Assembly (NCBI GenBank): GCA_951406725.2
Contig: OX597827.1
Location: 71,796,001-71,860,000 of the forward strand
Direction: 5' to 3'
Origin: Octopus vulgaris
Lineage: Eukaryota
DNA: 64,000 bases
Shown here: one piece after another, positions 27,290 through 41,971 of the stretch
How the letters are laid out: each line of letters begins with the position of its first letter
How positions within the stretch are numbered: position 1 is the first letter of the stretch
The notes under the pieces: model-generated
What the model saw: only the letters and a program-made list of their open reading frames with translations
What the model was told of the DNA's origin: nothing
The model's database searches: none
Program-made: the position numbers and the translations under genes

Positions 27290-27917
27290 ACAATAAGGAA
27301 GAGAAGGAAGAGGAGGAGGAGGAGAAGAAGAAGAAGAAGAAGGAGGAGGAGGAGGAGGAGGAGGAGGAAGAAGAAGAAGAAGAAGAAGAAGAAGAAGAAG
27401 AAGGAGGAGGAGGAGGAGGAGGAAGAAGAAGAAGAAGAAGAAGAAGAAGGAGGAGGAGGAGAAGAAGAAGAAGAAGAAGAAGAAGAAGAAATTGATGATG
27501 ACGACGACAGCGGCGGCGGCGATGGTGGTGGTGATGATGGCGCCGGTGGCGATGGTGATGGTTATGGTGGTGGTGGTGGTGATGGTAGTGGTGGTGGTAT
27601 ACGGGTGTGTAGTAAAGAAAAAGACGAGTAGGGGGAGAAGGAGGAGAAAGAAGATGAAGAAAAAAAACAACTGAATACTACAATAATAAGATGGCGGAGA
27701 AAAGAAAGAGAAACAGGAGGGAGGAGGAGGAGGAGGAGGAGGAGGAGGAGGAAGAAGAAGAAGAAGAAGAAGAAGAAGAAGAAGATATAAAGGAATGACT
27801 CTAATAATACAATCCCAAAATTAAAAAAAATATAAACAAAAACAAATAGATTAATAACGGTTTAGGTATTTTAGTCGATTAAAAACGTTTGTAATTGAAA
27901 ATCGAATAATAATAATG

Positions 27918-27959
<42 letters not shown>

Positions 27960-28063
27960 TTAATAATAATAATAATAACACCAAAAGCAACAACGGCATT
28001 AACAGTAATAATAAGGATAATGACTATAAAATAAAAATACTTAAAAGACTAATAACAATAATA

Positions 28064-28116
<53 letters not shown>

Positions 28117-28199
28117 AATAATAATAATGATAATGATAATAATAATAAAAATAATAATTATGATAATAATAATAATAATAAATGATTCTAATAATAATG

Positions 28200-28249
<50 letters not shown>

Positions 28250-28309
28250 TATAACGATAATAATAATAAAAATAATAATAATGATAATAATAATAATAAT
28301 AAATGATTC

Positions 28310-28344
<35 letters not shown>

Positions 28345-28370
28345 TTAATGATGATAATAATAAATGATTC

Positions 28371-28426
<56 letters not shown>

Positions 28427-29220
28427 GCAATAACAATAACGATAAGGAATATAATAAGAAAGACAGTAATGACTATACTAACAATAACAACAACAATATT
28501 ATTAAAAACAATAATGATAATGACTATAAAAGAAATAATAAAGTAATAGTAATAATGAAATATTAATAACAACAATAACAAAAACAGTAATGATGATGAT
28601 GATGATGATGATGATAAGTAAAAATTACAAAGTATTGATAAATATTACAAAAACGAATATGATGATTTATTTTTTTCTGAATTTAATCAATAATATTATG
28701 TCTTGGAGTGGTGGTATGGCGTAGTGGGGGCGGTGGATGCTAGCGATGGATGGTGGTGGTGGTGGTGGTGGTGGTGGTGGTGGTGGTGGTGGTGGTGGTG
28801 GTGGTGGTGGTGGTGGAGGAGGAGAGGGTGGTGGTGGTGGTGGTGGAGGAGGAGAGGGTGGTGGTGGTGGAGAGGGTGGTGCTGGTGGTGGAGGTGGATG
28901 GTGACGGTGGATGGTAGAGGTGGATGGTGGCGATGGATGGTGGCGGTGGAATGACTCTAATGGTGGTGGTGGTGGAGAGGGTAGTGGTGGTGATGGTGTG
29001 GATGGTGGTGGTGATGGTGGTGGATGGTGGTGATAGTGGTGGTGGTGGTGGTTGTTGTTGGTGGTGGTGGTGGCGGTGATGGTGGTGGATGGTGGTGATG
29101 GTGGTGGTTATATCGTGGTGGATGGTGGTGGTGGTGGCGGTGGTGGTGGTGGCGTATGATATGGCGAAGTGGATGGTGGCGATGGATGGTGGCGATGGGT
29201 GGTGGTGGTGGTGGTGGTTG
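27290..29220. repeat. Low-complexity block of (GAG/AAG), (AAT/GAT) and (GGT) repeats
   Basis: Read directly from the sequence. Confidence 0.9.
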
Positions 29221-29623
29221 TACGTTATAGAATATATGTAAATACCAAGGTGGAAATTTCTCCTGAATTAAAATCGATTAACCCAGTTCGTGGTTTAATA
29301 ATCTTCCCTGAATAATGTCAATTTTTTTTAAAATTCTGTTTTAAATGACATTATCCGAAGCAAGAATTTAGAGCAATATAAATTAACATAATGTTATGTA
29401 GATTGGCTGAATTTTAAAAACAAAAATACTTCGTTTTATGGAGCTCTGTGAGAGATTTTACTTAGAAACTGCATTCTTTGTCTAGTTTATGAAATATTCA
29501 TTTTTACATAGCCAAATATTATTTTCTACTCCAGGCACAAGGCCCGTACATAACCAAATATTATATCGGGTTGGAGAAAGAAGGTCATACCGGTTTTCAA
29601 TTGGCGGTGTTTAAACACGTTAA

Positions 29624-30391
29624 GGCGGCGAGCTGGCAGAAACGTTAGCACGCCGGACGAAATGCTTAGCAGTATTTCGTCTGCCGTTACGTTCTGAGTT
29701 CAAATTCCGCCGAGGTCGACTTTGCCTTTCATCCTTTCGGGGTCGATAAATTAAGTACCAGTTACGCACTGGGGTCGATGTAATCGACTTAATACCTATG
29801 TCTGTCCTTGTTTGTCCCCTCTATGTTTAGCCCATTGTGGGTAATAAAGAAATAGGTATTTCGTCTGCCGTTACGTTCTGAGTTCAATTTCCGCCGAGGT
29901 CGACTTTGCCTTTCATCCTTTCGGGGTCGTTTAAATAAGTAACAGTCACGCACTGGGGTCTATATAATCGACTTAATCTGTTTGTCCTCTCTGTGTTTAG
30001 CCCCTTGTGAGCAGTAAAGAAATAGGTATTTCGTCTGCCGCTACGTTCTGAGTTCAAATTCCGCCGAGGTCGACTTTGCCTTTCAACCTTTCGGGATCGA
30101 TAAATTAAGTACCAGTTACGCACTGGGGTCGATGTAATCGACTTAATCCGTTTGTCTATCCTTGTTTGTCCCCTCTATGTTTAGCCCATTGTGGCTAATA
30201 AAGAAATAGGTATTTCGTCTGCCGTTACGTTCTGAGTTCAATTTCCGCCGAGGTCGACTTTGCCTTTCATCCGTTCGGGGTCGATTAAATAAGTACCAGT
30301 TACGCACTGGTGTCGATATAATCGAGTTAATCTGTGTGTCTGTCCTTGTTTGTCCTCTCTGTGTTTAGCCCCTTGAGGGTAGTAAAGAAAT
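29624..30391 (+). mobile_element. SINE B tandem tetramer
   Basis: One head and four bodies with constant junction AAAGAAATA|GGTATTTCG. TSD GGTRTTTARACACGTTA. Confidence 0.9.
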
Positions 30392-30758
30392 ATAAATAGG
30401 TATTTAGACACGTTACCTCGCTTTTCACATGATAGAAGCGTATGGCGTACTTCTATTTTCTTAGAGATGACATTCAACACTTCTTTTTGTGCGATTATTG
30501 TACAGATGGTTTATTTCTACCATTTTTGCATTAAAAGTAAAAATGGTAAGAAATGGAATACGTTTTCGTTACTTGATGCTCTTTTGTTTTCAGAAAGGAA
30601 AAAATGCAATACAAACATCAGAAAAAAAAACTTGTGTAGTTTAAGGAGATGGTTGCCATAGCTGAGAAGACTGTTCCTAAGTTGTTCGGTATGTTCTGGA
30701 GCGAAAATTTTGATCTGGAAGACTGTGAAAGTTCCGGTAGACATCCAGTTAGTAACGA

Positions 30759-31063
30759 TTTGCTTGTTCCTTCTCGAACCACGCCTGGCTCATTAGGGCC
30801 GGTTTCCCGGTTTCCTTGGCGTATAGGTTCCCCACCTGGACGGGACGCCGGTCCGTCGCAGGTGAGCTGCAAGATGCAGGAGGAAAGAGTGAGAGAAAGT
30901 TGTGGTGAAAGAGTTAGCAGAAGTTCGCCATTACCTTCTGCCGGAGCCGCGTGCAGCTTAGGTGTTTCGCTCATAAACACACACATCGCCCGGTCTGAGA
31001 TTCGAACCCGTGATCCCTCGACCGCGAGTTCGCTGCTCTAACCACTAGGCCATATGGCTCCAC
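30759..31063 (-). mobile_element. tRNA-derived SINE family D
   Basis: Shares its head with family C but has a different 3' half. TSD CAGTTAGTAA. Confidence 0.85.
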
Positions 31064-31654
31064 CAGTTAGTAATGACTAACCAAATCGAAACGCTAATCA
31101 AAAATAAACCAGGTCACACGACACGAGACAACGCAGAGATACTCCACATACCTCGTATAAGCGTTATAAGACATTTGAAAACACTTGGCACCGTGAATTG
31201 CAATGAAAAACATTTAATGGACCGCATTTCCTTTTATGATTCTCTGCTCAAATGCAACAAAAAATAACCATTTTTGAAAAGAACGATCACGGGTTATGAA
31301 AAGGGGGTTGTTTACAACAATGTGACGCGATAGAGGCCCTGGAGAAAACGAAATGAACCATTTTTAACCACTTTAAAAACCGATCGCTGTTTGAAGGTGA
31401 TGCATTGTATCTGGTGGCATTGGAATGGTATTGCGTATTTCGAGCTCCCTCTGCAAAATCAAACATTGAATTCAGACAGATATTGTTCCCAATTAGACTG
31501 ATTGAAGAGGCAAGCGATGAAAGACGTTCAGAAGTGGCCAATCGGAAGGATGCCGTCTACACCTCGTGCTTCCTTGCAGACCCGGCAGAAATTGATACAG
31601 CTTGGCTAGGATCCTCTACCACACCCACCGTACTCTTCTGATCTTGCCTTGATT

Positions 31655-31712
31655 AGCGACCAATGCCTTGTGAGTGGATTTGGTAGACGGAAACTGAAAG
31701 AAGCCTGTCGTA

Positions 31713-31763
<51 letters not shown>

Positions 31764-31970
31764 ATATGTTTGTGTGTCCGTGTTTGTTCCCCTAGCATTG
31801 CTTGACAACCGATGCTGGTGTGTTTACGTCCCCGTCACTTAGCGGTTCGGCAAAAAGAGACCGATAGAATAAGTACTGGGCTTACAAAAAGAATAAGTCC
31901 CGGGGTCGAGCTGCTCGACTAAAAGGCGGTGCTCCAGCATGGCCGCAGTCAAATGACTGAAACAAGTAAA
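31655..31970 (+). mobile_element. 5'-truncated SINE family A
   Basis: Family match ending in an A-rich tail. Confidence 0.8.
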
Positions 31971-32488
31971 AAAAAAAAAATCAAAATATTGCTTTTGAAT
32001 TTTACTTAAAAGAACATTCTGGACTTTCGTTCCGACCCAATTTATTTATTTAGGTATGATGTCATCACATTCATTTCTCATCGCCTTATTTTTCTCCTTG
32101 TCTTCCTCCTTCTCCTCCTCTTCCTTCTTCCTTCTTCTTCTCCTCCTCCCCCTCCTCCTCTATCATCATCTTCATCATCTTTTCTCGTTCTTCTCCTACG
32201 CTTTCTTCCTCATTTTTTTCTTCATCATCATCATCATTATCTTCTTGTTCTCCTTCCTTTGATCGAACTCAATCAATAATAAAGACAATACGATAATGAA
32301 AGTAGAAAAATCGAACCGAACGGGGGTTACTTGAGATCTGATCATTAAATACTACAAGGAATTCTATTTGGCACCCTACAGATACGGCTATGCTCCAAAA
32401 TAATTACTACTACTACTACTACTACTATTACTACTTCTACTACTACAACTACTACTACTACTACTAACAATAATAATAATAATAATAA

Positions 32489-32710
32489 TCCTTTCTACTA
32501 TAGTACTATACGCACATGGTCTGAAATTTGGGGGCAGGGGGATAGTTGATTATATTGACCCAAGTGTTTCACTGGTACTTATTTTAAAGACCCCGAAAGG
32601 ATGAAAGGCAAAGTTGACTTCGGTGGAATTTGAACTCTGAACGTAAAGACGTACGAAATGTCACTAAGCATTTCGCCCGGTGTGCTAACGATTCTGCCAG
32701 CTCACCGCCT
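32489..32710 (-). mobile_element. SINE B variant with alternative 3' tail (B2)
   Basis: B head and body, but the tail is ...ATTTCAG...TATAGTAGAAAGG followed by (ATT)n. Similar copies lie at about 15260, 39793, 43210 and 44067. Confidence 0.7.
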
Positions 32711-32712
32711 TA

Positions 32713-32783
<71 letters not shown>

Positions 32784-32784
<1 letters not shown>

Positions 32785-33256
32785 CTTGGTATAAAAGATG
32801 GGCTACAGCAAATATTCTGCTCAATACCACAGATTTGCTTGTCAGTTGTTTGACCTTAACCAGTTGAGCATGTCCCTTAGTGGCTGACGATACGTGCATC
32901 TCTGATCACGAGCAGAAGTAGTGGGGGAGCATCATAGCCATGTGTTGAGAGGATTCTTTGGGGTTTGAATAATTCACCTCTGGAAACATGGGTGTTTCGT
33001 TCAACATCCTAAAGCAACCCTTATTCAGGGACCTTTTGAGCAGGATGGGCTACTCAACCTGAAGAAAATTCTAACTGGGCCCCACCTGCAAGGTCATGTG
33101 CTGTTTATCTTGATATGAGATCACCATGTCGCGCACATATGGTTGTGATGCATGTGCCTGGTGTACCTTTATCAGACGGGTAGTCATGATGGGTATATTG
33201 GGCTTCGTATATTTTACCCCAGTGTCACTTTGATGGCATGAACTGCTCTCTCACTC
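32784..33256 (+). mobile_element. Second copy of the (TAA)n-embedded element
   Basis: Near-identical to 12193-12666. Confidence 0.75.
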
Positions 33257-33270
33257 AATAATAATAATAA

Positions 33271-33301
<31 letters not shown>

Positions 33302-33913
33302 AAGAAGAAGAAGAAGAAGAAGAAGAAGAAGAAGAAGAATCCTGAAATTTTGAGGGAGAGAGTTACTCGATAACATCGAACCAAGTGCGTAACTGGTACT
33401 TATTTCATCGACCCTGAAAGGATGAAAGACAAGGTCGACCACGACGGAACTTGAGCTCAGAGCGTTAAGACGGAAGCAAAGCTTCTAAGCGTAACGAAAA
33501 TAGTCTAATAACGGAGCATATAAACTCTTGACAGAAAAAAGTAGGTTTTTCCCACACGAATCCCATTATTAGACTATTTTTCGTAGTCGTTACGCGGTGA
33601 TCGCTATAAGCTTTAGTCTTATAAAATACTTTTATTATTATTTACAGAATTGTAAAAGTCGATGCTGCTTAACAAAACCATTCGTAGTGAAAGCACGTGA
33701 AAGTTGCTTGCAAAAACAACTACGAACTAATATAGTTCGGATGTTAGTCGTATAAACCAAAGGGTTGTGAGTTCGAGTCTCACGCGTACGGGAAAAACCT
33801 ACTTTTTTTTTTGTCAGGGTAGGGGAGACTTATACGCCCCATTATTAGACTATTTTCCTTAGTCATTACACGGTGATTGCTATAAGTTTTAAGCATATAA
33901 AATACTAATGCAT

Positions 33914-34305
33914 GGTGGAGGCGCAATGGCCCAGTGGTTAGGGCAGCGGACTCGCGGTCGTAGGATCGCGGTTTCGATTCCCAGACCGGGCGTTGTGAGT
34001 GTTTATTGAGCGAAAACACCTAAAAGTTCCACGAGGCTCCGTCCGGCAGGGGATGGTGGTGATCCCTGCTGTACTCTTTCACCACAACTTTCTCTCTCAC
34101 TCTTACTTCCTGTTTCTGTTGTACCTGTATTTCAAAGGGCCGGCCTTGTCACTCTCTGTGTCACGCTGAATATCCCCGAGAACTACGTTAAGGGTACACG
34201 TGTCTGTGGAGTGCTCAGCCACTTACACGTTAATTTCACGAGCAGGCTGTTCCATTGATCGGATCAACCGGAATCCTCGTCGTCGTAACCGACGGAGTGC
34301 TTCCA
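33914..34305 (+). mobile_element. SINE family C, full length
   Basis: Family match with TSD-like CTAATGCAT. Confidence 0.9.
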
Positions 34306-34587
34306 CAAAAGGCTAATGCATGTTTGATACAGGAGCTCTTACATTAAACATGCATTCATACATGCATCAGACAGACACCCTGTTTGCCTTTTCTCTCTTC
34401 ATTCAGAGGAACATACAAGATGTTACGGGTGGACGAGGAGATCACGACACTGGCACACAATTGGTACTCCTTTCAGCTGAGTAGAATAAAGGGCCATTGC
34501 TAATCTCCATGCAAAGAACCATCACAATTACTCCCTCTCCCTCTCATGCTCTTTCAATATACAGACACGCGCGCGAGCATATATATA

Positions 34588-34819
34588 TATTTCTTTATTG
34601 CCCACAAGGGGCTAAACATAGAGGGGACAAACAAGGACAGACATAGGTATTAAGTCGATTACATCGACCCCAGTGCGTAACTGGTACTTTATTTATCGAC
34701 CCCGAAAGGATGTAAGGCAAAGTCGATCTCGGCGGAATTTGAACTCAGAACGTAACGGCGGACGAAATACGGCTACGCATTTCGCCCGGCGTGCTAACGT
34801 TTCTGCCAGCTCGCCGCCT
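34588..34819 (-). mobile_element. SINE B
   Basis: Full-length family match. Confidence 0.85.
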
Positions 34820-34937
34820 TATATATATGCTCGCGAGCATATATATATATGCATATAAATATATATGAATCTTTCTATCTTTTTATCTATTATCTATCCC
34901 TTTTATGCATACACACACACATACATACATATACACT

Positions 34938-35253
34938 TTTACTCTTTTACTTGTTTCAGTCATTTGATATTGCGGCCATGCTGGAACACCGCCTTTTAGT
35001 CGGGGAAAGCGACCCCAGGACTTATTCTTTGTAAGCCTAGTACTTATTCTATCGGTCTCTTTTGCCGAACCGCTAAGTTACGGGGACGTAAACACACCAG
35101 CATCGGTTGTTAAACGACAGGCTTCTTTCTGTTTCTGTCTACCAAATCCACTCACAAGGCTTTGTTCGGCCAGGCTATAGAGGAAGACACTTCAGTGGGA
35201 CTAAACCCGGAACCATGTGGTTGGTAAGCAAGCTACTTTCCACACAGCCACTA
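34938..35253 (-). mobile_element. SINE family A with internal deletions
   Basis: Family match. Confidence 0.75.
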
Positions 35254-35399
35254 TATATGTGTGTGTGTGTGTGTGTGTGTATAATCAGAACATGGAGAAA
35301 ACCTCAGATTAACACACACATCGATTGGACCACATCTATAGCTTATTTTTTAATATAAAGCATGGCATAACATAAAGGTGACGTAACGAATCTAGATTT

Positions 35400-35872
35400 G
35401 TTACGTCACCTACTATGAGCAGCTTGAGCGGCTTAAGTCAGCGCAAGTAGAAAAACGGCCATCTTTGGTTTCAAGATGGAAGGTGCTCTTCCATCAGAAT
35501 AATACTCAGCTACATACAGCGAGGATGGCATTCCAAAGGTTAAAGCAGTTTGAATGGGAAACGATGCCCCACCTACCATATTCGCCGGACATTGCCCCTA
35601 TTTCATTATCATTTATTCTGCAGTCTTCAAAATCATTTGGACGGAAAAAATATGAATTCTGTAGACGAGGTCAGAATAGTACTGGAGAAGTATTTTTCGT
35701 CATAGACAAGTGAATTTTGGAGGAGGGGGTCTTGCAAGTCTACCAGACAGATGGAAGAGCATTGTAGAACATGAAGGAGAGTATATTCTAGATTAAAAAA
35801 GAAATTTGTTTATCTTAATTTTGAAAAATAAAAGTATAAAAAAATCCTCATTATTTATGGGATAACCCAATA
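35400..35872 (+). pseudogene. Mariner transposase C-terminal fragment with probable right TIR
   Basis: VLFHQNN...HTA...WETMPHLPYSPDIAP, ending ...GGGATAACCCAATA. Confidence 0.8.
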
Positions 35873-36121
35873 CATCTGTCAATATACACAGTGTTGCTTA
35901 AAAATCTATAGATAGCAGAGTGTATAATGTATGTATGTATGTATGTGTGTATGTATGTATGTATGTATGTATGTATGTATGTATGTATGTATGTATGCAT
36001 ATGTGTGTGTATATGTATGTATATACGTATGTATATACGTATGTATGTGTTTATGTATATATATCTATATATGTATATATATATATGTAAGTATATATGT
36101 ATGTATATATATATGTGTATG

Positions 36122-36152
<31 letters not shown>

Positions 36153-36313
36153 GTATATATGTGTATGTACACGTGTGCTTAGGGGTGTACATTTACACAA
36201 ACACATATATATATATATAATACATATACATGTAATACGTGTGTGTGCGTGTGTATGTGTGTGTGCGTGTGTATGTGTGTGTGCGTGTGTATGTGTATGT
36301 GTGTGTGCGTGCG

Positions 36314-36390
<77 letters not shown>

Positions 36391-37272
36391 GGAAAATAAG
36401 AGAGGTGAGGGTCGTTCCATGTCTCAAGTGCAAAATCATTAAAAACGGTCCATTATGCACCTGCAGGGATGTGTGTGGTGTCTCGTGGTGTTCAGTCGAT
36501 GTATTTATTTTTGCGTCTTAATCATTAACTCTGAACTATAGTTTATCGTCCGTATCTGATGAATATTAATCCGAGCTTCATATCGAATTACATGTGTGCA
36601 ATCGTGCGCGAATGAATGCGCATGCGTGGCCCTGTGTACAGAGGAGTGTGTGCGTTCGTGCATGTGTAATTAAATAGCGGTAGCTTCCTATGAATACATA
36701 TGCAATTCAGGAAGCAGACGGAACGTTTGTTAACCATTTTAATATTGCAGTGTGCATATTTTCTAACGAGCCGTTCATCTAATTAGCGAACGTGTAGGAA
36801 GGACTTATTTGTTCAGAATGTAAAATACAGTATAGCCTAGTTCTCCATTTTATAACATAATTCGTATTTAATTATCGAAAAATCGTGAAGTCGGAAATAT
36901 TTCCCCCCAGAGCAAGGGAAATCAGTCTAAGGCGTCCCAGTTAACGTCCACTTACAGGTAGCAGCTTGGTTTGTTGAACTGAAGCCTATACGACGGTGAC
37001 GAGCAGGCGAGGCTGGGGTGTTGCCAGCCTCGCTCTGGGTCAATATAATTTGGCCTTTGGCTCTGTTACAAACATTAATTCACACGGAGATCGTTTGTGG
37101 GGGCAGCAAATATTGAAACGAGCGCAAATTTTGAATAAGTTATACAAATCACATTTATTTTATATATAGACCTTTATGGCACAGAAATTAACGAGAGTAT
37201 AGTACACACTTTAGAAAGTTTCTAATGCTTTTAATGCGTAAAAGCAAAATAAAGAAGTTACTGTAAACTATG

Positions 37273-37575
37273 TGGATGCACATGGCCTAGTGGTTAGAGC
37301 AGCGGGACTCGCGGTCGAGGGATCGCGGGTTCAAATCTCAGACCGGGCGATGTGTGTGTTTATGAGCGAAACACCTAAGCTCCACGCGGCTCCGGCAGAA
37401 GGTAATGGCAAACTTCTGCTGACTCTTTCGCCACAACTTTCTCTCACTCTTTCCTCCTGCATCTTGCAGCTCACCTGCGACGGACCGACGTCCTGCCCAG
37501 GTGGGGAACCTATACGCCAAGGAAACCGGGAAACCGGCCCTAATGAGCCAGGCGTGGCTCGAGAAGGAACAGACA
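37273..37575 (+). mobile_element. SINE family D
   Basis: Homologous to 30759-31063. TSD ACTGTAAAYTATG. Confidence 0.85.
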
Positions 37576-38045
37576 AACTGTAAATTATGATTAGAAATAC
37601 AACAAAATAACGACCATATTGTTTATTATGTTAAATGAACAATAATTTAGCCATATATATTTTTAGATTAAAAAAGAGCAACCATTTTAAAAATGCAAGA
37701 AAGCAAACGCTTTCCAAAGTGCCGTTAGCTTGCGTATTTCCATTATTCAGGATGCCGTTATTTCGAGAGTTTACTGTATAAATTTTTTTTCTTTTATAAC
37801 TTATGTTTCTCTTTTAAAGTCGGTTCCTTCTTAACGAATAAGCTGTCATTAATCGCATTACCTCAAATCGATATATTCATAGATTTTATCAACCGTAGCG
37901 TTCCTGTGAGATAAACATCTTCGAAAAGAGAAATAATGCTCTCTGCGAGTATATAAAAGTGTGTTTATGTGTGTGTGTGTAAAAGTATGTGTGTGCATGT
38001 ACATGTGTGTAGGTCTGAATGACTGAATATGTATGTACTATCTAT

Positions 38046-38099
<54 letters not shown>

Positions 38100-38172
38100 A
38101 TACATACATACATACATACATACAGTAGTACTTCGGTTTTCGAACAACTCTGATCGCGAATAAATTGCGCTT

Positions 38173-38205
<33 letters not shown>

Positions 38206-38222
38206 CTAGCTAGCTAGCTAGC

Positions 38223-38624
<402 letters not shown>

Positions 38625-38649
38625 ATATATATATGCCCTTAATTATAAG

Positions 38650-38680
<31 letters not shown>

Positions 38681-38924
38681 TGTGTATGTATGTGGCTGTG
38701 TGTTAAGAAGCTTGCTTCCCGATCAGATGATTCCAGGATCAGTCCCACTGCGTGTCACCTTGAACGAGTATCTTCTACTATAGCCTTGTGAGCGAATTTG
38801 ATACACGAAAACTGAAAGAGACCCGTCGTATATAAGTGGGTGTGTTTGTGCGTCTGTCTGTTTGGCGGTTTGTCTGTCTGTCTGTCTGTTTGGCGGTTTG
38901 TCTGTCTGTCTGTCTGTATATATA

Positions 38925-39254
38925 TACATATAAGAGGGATGACCACTAAGTGGACATCCATCATGCTGGAGGTAGACCCCATATGGTCTGACCAGTAAGA
39001 AAAGATTGTTCTCAAGCTTGTTCTCTTTTTATTTGTCTTACTCGCTTGCGTTCTGGCTTTTGCTGAATTTTCTTGAGAACCATCTTTTCTTAGTGATCAA
39101 ACCATATGAGGTCTACCTCTAGCATAATGGATGTCCACTTATTGGTTACCCCCTCTTATATGTATGTAATATAATTTTCTGAATCTTCAGATTTTTCAAA
39201 ATGCTAGGCCACTGGTTTTGAATTAATATTCAATTTTTCACCCTTATTATTTAA

Positions 39255-39258
<4 letters not shown>
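38925..39258. mobile_element. Older fold-back element in (TA)n
   Basis: Imperfect arms of about 92 bp at 38925-39016 and 39072-39164. The tail ends TTCACCCTTATTATT, like 41439-41682. Confidence 0.7.
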
Positions 39259-39327
<69 letters not shown>

Positions 39328-39368
39328 TGTATGTATGTATGTATGTATGTATATATATATGTATATAT

Positions 39369-39404
<36 letters not shown>

Positions 39405-39432
39405 TATATATACATATATATATATATACACC

Positions 39433-39474
<42 letters not shown>

Positions 39475-39495
39475 CATATATATACACACACACAA

Positions 39496-39565
<70 letters not shown>

Positions 39566-39633
39566 CGTTTTAAATCAATTTTTATGAAGTCAAAACAATG
39601 AATAGAGGTCGATGGTTTGTAGTTTTACCTTGT

Positions 39634-39673
39634 ATTTCAATATTTCAGGGTCAGGACCCCTTCTTCAGAAAAT
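39634..39673 (-). ncRNA. Minimal type I hammerhead ribozyme with canonical core
   Basis: AUUUU-CUGAAGA-AGGG-GUCCUGA-CCCU-GAAA-UA-UU-GAAAU with palindromic AAUAUU stem III. A partial inverted copy lies at about 39706-39740. Confidence 0.7.
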
Positions 39674-40129
39674 CTTCAGAAATGGTATTGTTAGCTGACT
39701 TCTCTAAATATTGAAAATTGAAAAAGAAAACAAGGTAAAAGTACTTATTGACACAGAGAGGAGAACCAGCTCGTGTGAATGCTTCTTAATAATCCTTTCT
39801 ACTATAGGCACAAATTTGGGGGATGGGGTTAAGTCGAATACATCGACTCCCCAGGGTTTCACTGGTACTTAATTCACCGATCCCGAAAAAGGATGAAATG
39901 CAAAGTCGACCTAGGCGGAATTTGAACTCAGGTCGTTGAGACAGGCGAAATGCTGCTATGTATTTCGCCCGACATGTTAACGATTCTACCAGATTACTGC
40001 CTTATGATGCCTCTTGATAATATTACGGAGACCATCATGAGTGAACTTCTGGGAGACATTTATTACTCCAGCTGAACATTACACTTGTACATACAGTATC
40101 TCTCTGTTAACTGTCTCTCTGTCTGTTTG

Positions 40130-40218
<89 letters not shown>

Positions 40219-40237
40219 TTATCTATCTATCTATTTA

Positions 40238-40289
<52 letters not shown>

Positions 40290-40498
40290 GGCGCAGAAGT
40301 GGCTGTGAGGTAAGTAGCTTGCTTACCAACCAGATGATTCCGGGTTCAGTCCCACTGCGTGGCACCTTGGGCAAGTGTCTTCTATTATAGCCTCAGGCCG
40401 ACAAAAGCCTTGTGAGTGGATTTGGTAGATGGAAACTGAAAGAAGCCCGTCGTATATATACATGTATGTGTGTGTATGAATGTATGTATGTATGTATG

Positions 40499-40530
<32 letters not shown>

Positions 40531-40731
40531 AATTATTTGCAGGACCCAGTAGAATCCAGGTATTTTAATAACAAGGACACTAAGATAGAGTCAAGGACAA
40601 CATACCTGTGTATGAACAGTGAATATGGCTACTCCTTACTACCAAAGTATATACGGATTTGTCTTTCAGTTACACATATATCCACAAGTATAGACCAAAT
40701 ACACTCAACATATACGTAAAATCACACAAGA

Positions 40732-40783
<52 letters not shown>

Positions 40784-40784
40784 T

Positions 40785-40824
40785 TTTGTCTGACGAACGG
40801 GAACGTGAAACTCCGAGTAACAGG
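40785..40824 (+). ncRNA. Minimal type I hammerhead ribozyme with canonical core, at the very start of a 145-bp (TA)n insert (40783-40927)
   Basis: UUUGU-CUGACGA-ACG-GGAA-CGU-GAAA-CUCCGAG-UA-ACAGG, with a GNRA-capped stem II and GUA triplet. AATAAA follows downstream. Confidence 0.82.
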
Positions 40825-40927
40825 TTTTGTTGAATTTCTACTGCCTTTAAATAAAGCATATTACTCTACCCCTAGTATTTGAGTACTCTTTTTTCTACCT
40901 TGTTTCACATTTATGTGTTTACTCCGG

Positions 40928-41714
<787 letters not shown>

Positions 41715-41878
41715 AGAGAAAAGATAAGAGAAAAAAATCTATCAGAAAGGAACTCTATCTCTCTTTAAAAAATATCTTTTGATAAGCATAACAAATGCGC
41801 AACCGGTAAAAAGAACTTTCACCTAATTAAGTACACTCTCTCTTACTTAAATTATTTTGTCAGCATTTTCTTCATTTC

Positions 41879-41971
<93 letters not shown>

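Larger units (their letters stand above)
29566..31650 (+). pseudogene. Old mariner transposon with decayed transposase, interrupted by the SINE B tetramer and a SINE D
   Basis: Fragments FRYLML, NFDLEDCESSGR, QIETLIK...TTRDNAEILH, DRISFYDSLLK and a degraded HPPYSxDLA. Possible left TIR near 29566. Confidence 0.7.

Noticed and set aside
26416-30391. Regular ~185-bp repeats resembling a CRISPR or satellite array
   Set aside because: There are no unique spacers or cas genes. These are SINE B multimers in eukaryotic DNA.
33914-33990. tRNA-like sequence
   Set aside because: It is a SINE head continuous with the SINE body, and no complete cloverleaf acceptor stem was evident.
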